Part shown: positions 54,998 to 64,000 of the stretch, piece by piece
How the letters are laid out: each line of letters begins with the position of its first letter
How positions within the stretch are numbered: the first letter of the stretch is position 1
Assembly: GCA_964016885.1 (NCBI GenBank)
Contig: OZ024743.1
Location: forward strand, 263,004,001-263,068,000
DNA: 64,000 bases
Direction: 5' to 3'
DNA from: Eledone cirrhosa
Taxonomy: Eukaryota
Position numbers and translations under genes: made by a program
The notes under the pieces: model-generated
The model's database searches: none
What the model saw: only the letters and a program-made list of their open reading frames with translations
Told to the model about the DNA's origin: nothing

Positions 54998-55071
<74 letters not shown>

Positions 55072-55168
55072 TATATATATATATATATATATAGTACATT
55101 ATGAAGAGAGAAGAAACATTTAGATATAATTAGTAATAAGATGTATCATACCTAAACTGCTTCTAGAT

Positions 55169-55258
55169 TCCTCGACTACGTAGTTTCGTGGCATAATCAA
55201 AAACAATACATCATAGAGATATAGAGCTTCTGTGAGGTCTGCCGACTTATCAAGAGGA
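55169..55258 (-). ncRNA. Hammerhead with U3-A8 core (mirror copy)
   Basis: Reverse complement of 55752-55841. Confidence 0.75.
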
Positions 55259-55751
55259 TACCTCATTTTACTAGCTTCAAAGAGCACGTCTATAAGATGT
55301 GAGATAGAATCCCAAAAGGCGGAGGGGGAGTCAATCACGTGATACGACGGTCAAGAAACAGAGCTAAGCCCCTTATAACCCTGAAAAAAATACCACGGAG
55401 GCGGAGGGGGTATTTATATCGAGGCCGTAGAAGAGGTGGTTAAGGAGGCAAGAAGTATGAGTAATGGCAGCTTCCCAGCAGTCACTACACTTCAAGGATT
55501 ACTCGACCAGGAGGAGTTATAAACAATATATTGAGAAACACACAGATACATGCGGACACATACATATACATGAATATATCCACATCCATCCTTGAGTTAA
55601 TGGTGCCAACCTTAACCGATGTTGCTCTATGAATAACTGGGACAAACCAATCCGAATGGATTAGACTGAACCAGTATCAGAGCTAAAAGTACATTATGAA
55701 GAGAGAAGAAACATTTAGATAAGTGCTCTTTGAAGCTAGTAAAATGAGGTA

Positions 55752-55841
55752 TCCTCTTGATAAGTCGGCAGACCTCACAAAAGCTCTATATCTCTATGAT
55801 GTATTGTTTTTGATTATGCCACGAAACTACGTAGTCGAGGA
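55752..55841 (+). ncRNA. Hammerhead with U3-A8 core (TTGATAA), 46-nt loop II and palindromic stem III
   Basis: tcctc TTGATAA gt(c)ggca [46 nt] tgccac GAA ACTACGTAGT C gagga. Confidence 0.75.
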
Positions 55842-56800
55842 ATCTAAAAGCAGTTTAGGTATGATACATCTTATTACTAATTATATCTAAATGTTTCTTC
55901 TCTCTTCATAATGTACTTTTAGCTCTGATACTGGTTCAGTCTAATCCATTCGGATTGGTTTGTCCCAGTTATTCATAGAGCAACATCGGTTAAGGTTGGC
56001 ATCATTAACTCAAGGATGGATGTAGATATATTCATGTATATGTATGTGTCCGCATGTATCTTTGTGTTTCTCAATATATTGTATATATATATATATATTC
56101 CTGAGTTTCCACAATCTCCAGATTACCTGATGTTATGTCTCATCCGAAATATCGGTGTACGTAGGCACTTGTAAATAAGGTTTCTGAATAACACGGCGGG
56201 TGATTCAAATGCTCGTGTAAGATGATGACCCACTGTATATGTTTAATGTTTTTTTCCTTTACCCTAAATTACAAACTATGCGACAGTATCGGTAGAGGAT
56301 CGGGCGCCATGCTTTGCAGCATAGTGTTACGGCCCTTTACGATCTGAGTTCAAATCCGACTGAGATTAACTTTGCCTTCCCTCCTTACGGGGTCGATAAA
56401 ATAAAGTACCTGTAATGCACTGGGATAATTGCTGGCCTTGTGCCAAAAGTAGAAACAATTATTATATGTTCATCGGTGGATTGGCAGTATCGGTAGAGGG
56501 TCGGACTCCATGCTTTGCAACATAGAGTTACGGCCCTTTATGATCTGAGTTCAAATCCCACCGAGGTTAACTTTGCCTTTCCTCCTTACGGGGTCGATAA
56601 AATAAAGTACCAGTAATGCACTGGGGTAATTGCTGGCCTTGTGCCAAAGGTAGCAACAATTATTATATGTTCCATCTGTGAAATTTCAAATAAAGCCTCT
56701 TGTCTTAAACAAGGAGTGAACATATTTTACTCCACAGCATGTGTTGCATTGTCTCTTCTCTTTCTCTATCCGCCTCTCCCTCTGTATATATATATATATA

Positions 56801-58920
<2,120 letters not shown>

Positions 58921-58972
58921 AGTATGTATACGTACAAACATATAACAAACAGCCTGAATTAAGCCGTACAGT

Positions 58973-59009
<37 letters not shown>

Positions 59010-59013
<4 letters not shown>

Positions 59014-61068
59014 GCAGGAGTTGCCTCCCTTGTTGTGACACTCAAATCTCCAATAGATTAACGCTCTCTAAACAGGAAGTAGAACCCTTTCTGTAACTTC
59101 CGGTCAGAACCCTATAAAACTAATAACGTTAAGCTCCCTCTCTCATTCGCCTTTTCGGCTCCTGGCCTTCACCAGGAGTCTTCGCTCAGGCGCGTTCACC
59201 TGGCAACCAAGCGGTAACTAATAACTTTGTTTCATTCTCTCATCTATTCATTGACATATTAACTATACTGTTCTATATATCCACAAATTGTTTATTAAAT
59301 ATTATACACACAAACCAATCGTCTTTGTTACATTCATACACACTAGTATTTTGTTATAAGTGGTGACCCCGACGTGATACGAACACGCAGCCGTTCATTG
59401 TTATAAAATAGCAGAATCTGGTGTTGTGTGAGTAACATTACGAATACACAGCAAATTTTATTGACAAACTTTGAAAATACGCAGTGAAAGAAACGCACAC
59501 CACGCACATGTGAAATTCTCGTTCAGACAGACTTTTTCTCTCACGCATCAACTGTCGCATTTCACTATATATATATATATGTTTTTCGTTGCTTTCTTAC
59601 AACGAACACTTTAAAAACAAAAAAAAAACAAAAAAAGAAATTGATTTTTTTAAAAAACATTTCAAAAAGAACATTTATTTTCGATGAATCTCAACCATTG
59701 CCTTATTTTTCATCGTTTTCTTCATCGTTCAAGTTTTTTTCAAAGTTCACACTAAAAAAAAAAAAAATTGAACTCGCCATATTTGTTATACTAAGTGAAG
59801 CCTTTCTTTCTTTTTCATCATTGTCACTTTCACACACACATTTTTTCAAAATGGCTGCCAACGACCTGTTGCACTATCATTTTCGCGTCATTTTCTCGCG
59901 CATTAGAAATATATATATATATTTTTTCAACTTAACCTTGTTTTGGCCCGTGTAGGCAGCAGGATTTCTCGACTCACAGAGATAGCCGCACACCATGAGA
60001 TAACGTTTCTCGCCAAGGATTCTCCAGCCTTAAGCTATATTCTTCTATTTGCCGGTTTATAAATTTACCACGTAAATTTGCCGTTGAAAACTGCGCATTT
60101 ATTCAGAATGCTTATTTCTTTGGTCGCTGGCTTCTTCACCCTTCCAGGTCAACGCATTCTCAACATCGACCATCAACTTCGGCTGTGATTTCTAGCACTT
60201 TGCGCAACTCATTTTTTCTGAAAAAAATATTTTTACTTTGAATTTAAACATCGAATACGCTCACTCCGCGAGACAACAGCATCAACAGCAACACAGCTTC
60301 ATCAACAACCAAAACCAGCAGAACAAGCCAGAGAATTTATTTTTGCAGCACTCTTTCTGTGAGAAAATCCATTCGGAGGTTGGAAATTTCACGATATACC
60401 ACAGAACAGAAACCACCTGCATTCATTCTCTGGAACACACTTTCTTTCCTGCTGTCGTGTGATTGCACACCTGTGAACTATATTTTGTACATTTGAACTT
60501 TGAGCTCTTCTCTTATTTTATTACATTGTATCTTTGGGTGATGGTTAGATAGATGTCCAGTCGTTCTCTGGCCAAGAGCGGTTGGCTACCTTGATATCTA
60601 TCATTGATTTTTGCAAACATTATTTTTTTTTCGTAATTTTCATGCCTGTTACAACATTCTCGCCAACTTACTACATACATATTTCATTCGATTTTTATAT
60701 TTTAAAAATCTGGTGGGAAGTAATGTAGCAGGAGTTGCCTCCCTTGTTGTGACACTCAAATCTCCAATAGATTAACGCTCTCTAGACAGGAAGTAGAACC
60801 CTTTCTGTAACTTCTGGTCAGAACCCTATAAAACTAATAACGTTAAGCTCCCTCTCTCATTCGCCTTTTCGGCTCCTGGCCTTCGCCAGGAGTCTTCGCT
60901 CAGGCGCGTTCACCTGGCAACCAAGCGGTAACTAATAACTTTGTTTCATTCTCTCATCTATTCATTGACATGTCAACTATACTGTTCTATATATCCACAA
61001 ATTGTTTATTAAATATTATACACACAAACCAATCGTCTTTGTTATACTCATACACACCAGTATAATGT

Positions 61069-61072
<4 letters not shown>
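59010..61072 (+). mobile_element. Non-autonomous LTR retroelement: 349-bp LTRs (59010-59358, 60724-61072), tRNA-Trp primer binding site (PBS), PPT, about 1.36-kb non-coding interior
   Basis: LTRs start TGTAG and differ at about 10 positions. PBS TGGTGACCCCGACGTGAT at 59361, TGGTGGGAAGTAA before the 3' LTR, inserted in (TA)n. Confidence 0.93.
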
Positions 61073-61118
<46 letters not shown>

Positions 61119-61152
61119 TGTATGTATGTATGTATGTATGTATGTATGTATG

Positions 61153-61183
<31 letters not shown>

Positions 61184-61389
61184 GTATGTATACGTACATA
61201 CAAATATGTATACAGACGTACAGTAGTATGTATATATATACATACATGCACACATATATATATGCACGTATCGGTTTACCGAACATTTATTATAATGCTC
61301 GGATTGTTTGTAAACAAACAAACAGCCCGAATTTCGCCGTACAGTGTTTAGGCAACCACATCACCTTTTTGTTCAACACGGACACAGGA

Positions 61390-61432
61390 ACGATGTACTA
61401 GTTTCAAGCTTATTAGCTATCGTCAGCATCGT
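61390..61432 (-). ncRNA. Minimal hammerhead with palindromic stem III
   Basis: acgatg CTGACGA tagc taataa gctt GAA ACTAGT A catcgt. Confidence 0.8.
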
Positions 61433-62143
61433 ATACCTTCCTGCAAGAGGGTTGAACGTATGAAAGTCTATACTTTCCTTATGCATATTAACGGCTGAGC
61501 AGCCTAATTTGCATATCGAGTGAGTTCAGTCGCACCAAAAACGATAAATGGAATAGAATGAAACGAAATTTCATTTCTCACTCTTAGTACGGCACTTACT
61601 TAAATGTAAGTATGTATGTATGTATACGTACATACATATATGTATACAGACGTACAGAAGCATGTAGATGTATACATACATGCACACATATATATATGCA
61701 CGTATCAGTAAGCTAATAAGCTTGAAACTAGTACATCGTTCCTGTGTCAGTGTTGAACAAAAAGGTGACGTGGTTGCATAAACACTGTACGGCGTATTTT
61801 CGGGCTGTTTGTTTGTTTACAAACAAACAAACCGAGCATTATAATAAATGTTCGGTAAACTGATACGTGCATATATATATGTGTGCATGTATGTATATAT
61901 ATACATACTACTGTACGTCTGTATACATATATGTATGTACGTATACATACATACATACTTACATTTAAGTAAGTGCCGTACTAAGAGTGAGAAATGAAAT
62001 TTCGTTTCATTCTATTCCATTTATTATTTTCGGTGTGCCCGGCCGACTGAACTGACTCGATATGCAAATTAGGCTGCTCAGCCGTTAATATGCATAAGGA
62101 AAATATATACTTTCAGACGTTCAACCATCTGGCAGGAAGGTAT

Positions 62144-62186
62144 ACAATGCTGACGATAGCTAATAAGCTTGAAACTAGTACATCGT
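62144..62186 (+). ncRNA. Minimal hammerhead (same family)
   Basis: acaatg CTGACGA tagc taataa gctt GAA ACTAGT A catcgt. Confidence 0.8.
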
Positions 62187-62569
62187 TCCTGTGTCAGTGT
62201 TGAACAAAAAGGTGTAAACACTGTACGGCGCAATTCGGGCTGTTTGTTTGTTTACAAACAAACAAACGGAGCATTATAATAAATGTTCGGTAAACCGATA
62301 CGTGCATATATATATATGTGTGCATGTATGTATATATATACATACTACTATATATATATTTCGTTTCTGAATTTGTTTAGCAAGATTCTTTAGCTGAAAA
62401 CGTGTGTTGAAACCGATATTGTTATACTTTGGGAGGGTCATGTTGCCAATAAGAAACACACGCACCAGTTGCTTTCACTTCAATTTATTATAATAAATTT
62501 ATAAATTTAGGAATTTATAAATTGCCGGTTGGTTGGTTGGTTCCACAACCAGATGATTGTTTATATATT

Positions 62570-62612
62570 GTCATAGTTCTTTCGTCACACATTCTGTGAC
62601 CTCTTCAGTGAC
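62570..62612 (-). ncRNA. Minimal hammerhead about 140 nt downstream of the PLE ORF stop
   Basis: gtca CTGAAGA g gtcaca gaatg tgtgac GAA AG aa CT A tgac. Confidence 0.8.
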
Positions 62613-62753
62613 TCGGGATTCTTTTCTTTGTTTTTGTGCCTCTCCATTGTTCTGTCCTTCGCCATTTTGTTTTTGTGTGTGTGTTGTGTGCTTAGTTTGC
62701 GCATGTGTTACATCCGGGTGTCTCTGTGTGTTTATATTTGTTTATTTATTTGT

Positions 62754-64000
62754 TTATTTACATGTTACTGGTTGGTTGTTTGTTCCATGTGCGTGTGTGT
62801 TTTCATTTTGTCTTGAATTGTAAGTTGTGGTCTTGCTGTTCCACTGATGTTTTCTATTTAATTTTGGTTGGAGTTCATTTATGTTTATTGCCTCTGTGAT
62901 TTGTCTAAACATTGCGTCTTTTCTGTGTGTAGATTCTATTTTTATTTCTATGTTCTCTAATTTACCCTTATGTTCTATTTTAGCATGTTCGTAGAGTACA
63001 GATGATTCTTTACTATCTTGAAGGTCTCGCCAGTGTTCATTTATCCGTTCCCCTATACTACGAGCTGTCTCACCTATGTATACTATATTTTTATCTCTAC
63101 ATTGTCCTTCAGTACATCTTATGTTATATACTACATTTCTAGTTTTACAGTTAATATGGGGGCTTAATTTATAGATTATACATTTCTTATCTATACAGGG
63201 AAGTCTTTGAAAAGGGTATGTATTGCTAATTAGTGTTTTTATGGAGGTACCTGGTCTTTCTGCTATCTTAATATTGAGTTTCTGTTTATCTAGGGCCCTT
63301 CTAAATTTGTAAGCTAATTCACCTCTAGGGGTTGTATCGATGAACATTACACTCTGGTATTTATTGCTATCATACCATGAGTTTATTCTATTAGCCTTAT
63401 TCCTAGTTCTTTCTATTCTATTCCAAAATTTGCTCCTATACATCTGGCAGGTCCCATTTGTGTCGTTATTTACCATTTTTTCCCATTTGGTTCTGGCTCC
63501 TCTATATACTCTGATTTTATCTCTCTGATTGTAACCAGAGAACTGCATACGGTGGATGAAGTGTTGTATGTGTCTCTCTAGTTCTTCGGGGTTGCACATG
63601 CGGGACACGTTTCTCATCACCCGTACCAAATCCGCAATCTGTATATTGATTTTGGTATGGTCCGAAACAGCTGAGTTTCGGTGGATCAGATATTTGGAAG
63701 TCATGGGTTTGGCATAATGGGAATGGAGGATTTGTTTTTTGTTATTAATTGTTTCTACTTTTGGCACAAGGCCAGCAATTACCCAGTGCATTACTGGGAC
63801 TTTATTTTATCGACCCCCGTAAGGATGAAAGGCAACGTTAACCTCGGCGGGATTTGAACTAGAGATCATACAGGGAGGTAACTCTATGCTTCAAAGCATG
63901 GCGTCCGACCCTCTACCCATACTGCCAATCCACCGTTTTTTGTTATTAATGGTATCTAACCAGAGCTCTGTGTCTAGTACAGGTAATCGATGGTTGGGTG
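62754..64000 (-). pseudogene. Penelope-like RT C-terminus plus GIY-YIG, interrupted by a SINE; runs off the window
   Basis: NVVY.I.C…YIGETARSIGERINEH…E…I…LN. Removing the SINE restores …LPVLDTELWLDTINNKKQILHSHYAKP. Confidence 0.9.
63750..63934 (-). mobile_element. SINE inserted in the PLE ORF
   Basis: 16-bp TSD GTTTTTTGTTATTAAT at 63734-63749 and 63935-63950. Confidence 0.93.

Larger units (their letters stand above)
55093..56083. mobile_element. Non-coding retrozyme-like element: 595-bp unit with terminal redundancy plus an inverted copy (55722-56083)
   Basis: AGTACATTATGAAGAG occurs at 55093 and 55688. 55722-56083 is the reverse complement of 55093-55287 joined to 55522-55687. Confidence 0.9.
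61175..62350. mobile_element. Retrozyme-like array: about 1.2 units on the minus strand (period about 434) back-to-back with about 1.45 units on the plus strand (period 447)
   Basis: GAAACTAGTA at 61724 and 62171; inversion point near 61710. Confidence 0.9.

Noticed and set aside
56125-56166. Possible heavily decayed HHR (CTGATGT…catccGAAA…gtagg)
   Set aside because: It needs several corrections to fold, so it was not counted.
63750-63791. Start codon of the 345-aa ORF
   Set aside because: MHWVIAGLVPKVE derives from the inserted SINE; the real ORF continues beyond it.

Overview
This is AT-rich, microsatellite-dense eukaryotic DNA. The recurring tRNA-derived SINE resembles octopus SINEs, so a cephalopod source is likely (inference). 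I found no host gene or true tRNA/rRNA; nearly every long ORF is a decayed retroelement or a microsatellite artefact. Coding relics: a full-length Tx1/L1-clade LINE (22512-28533, -) plus two truncated relatives, an R4/Dong-type RT+REL LINE (28608-32365, +) with stacked 3' fragments in (AAT)n, a Gypsy integrase with its LTR, Penelope-like (PLE) RT/GIY-YIG fragments, and RTE, CRE-like and Helitron fragments. There is also a non-coding two-LTR element, several MITEs and many SINEs. The main signal is about 25 type I hammerhead ribozyme (HHR) motifs, read by eye. Most sit in short non-coding units (about 330-600 bp) arranged as partial tandem plus inverted copies, resembling retrozymes or non-autonomous PLEs. 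Several families carry a compensatory U3-A8 core (TTGANAA) instead of C3-G8 (CTGANGA), and one has a canonical-core relative in the same window. Several have large stem II inserts or palindromic stem III, and three families keep an octamer ATGCAAAT 85-92 nt upstream of the core. The LTR element's tRNA-Trp primer site extends to 32 nt with its only mismatch opposite tRNA position 58 (m1A58). No folding or database search was run; element boundaries are approximate.
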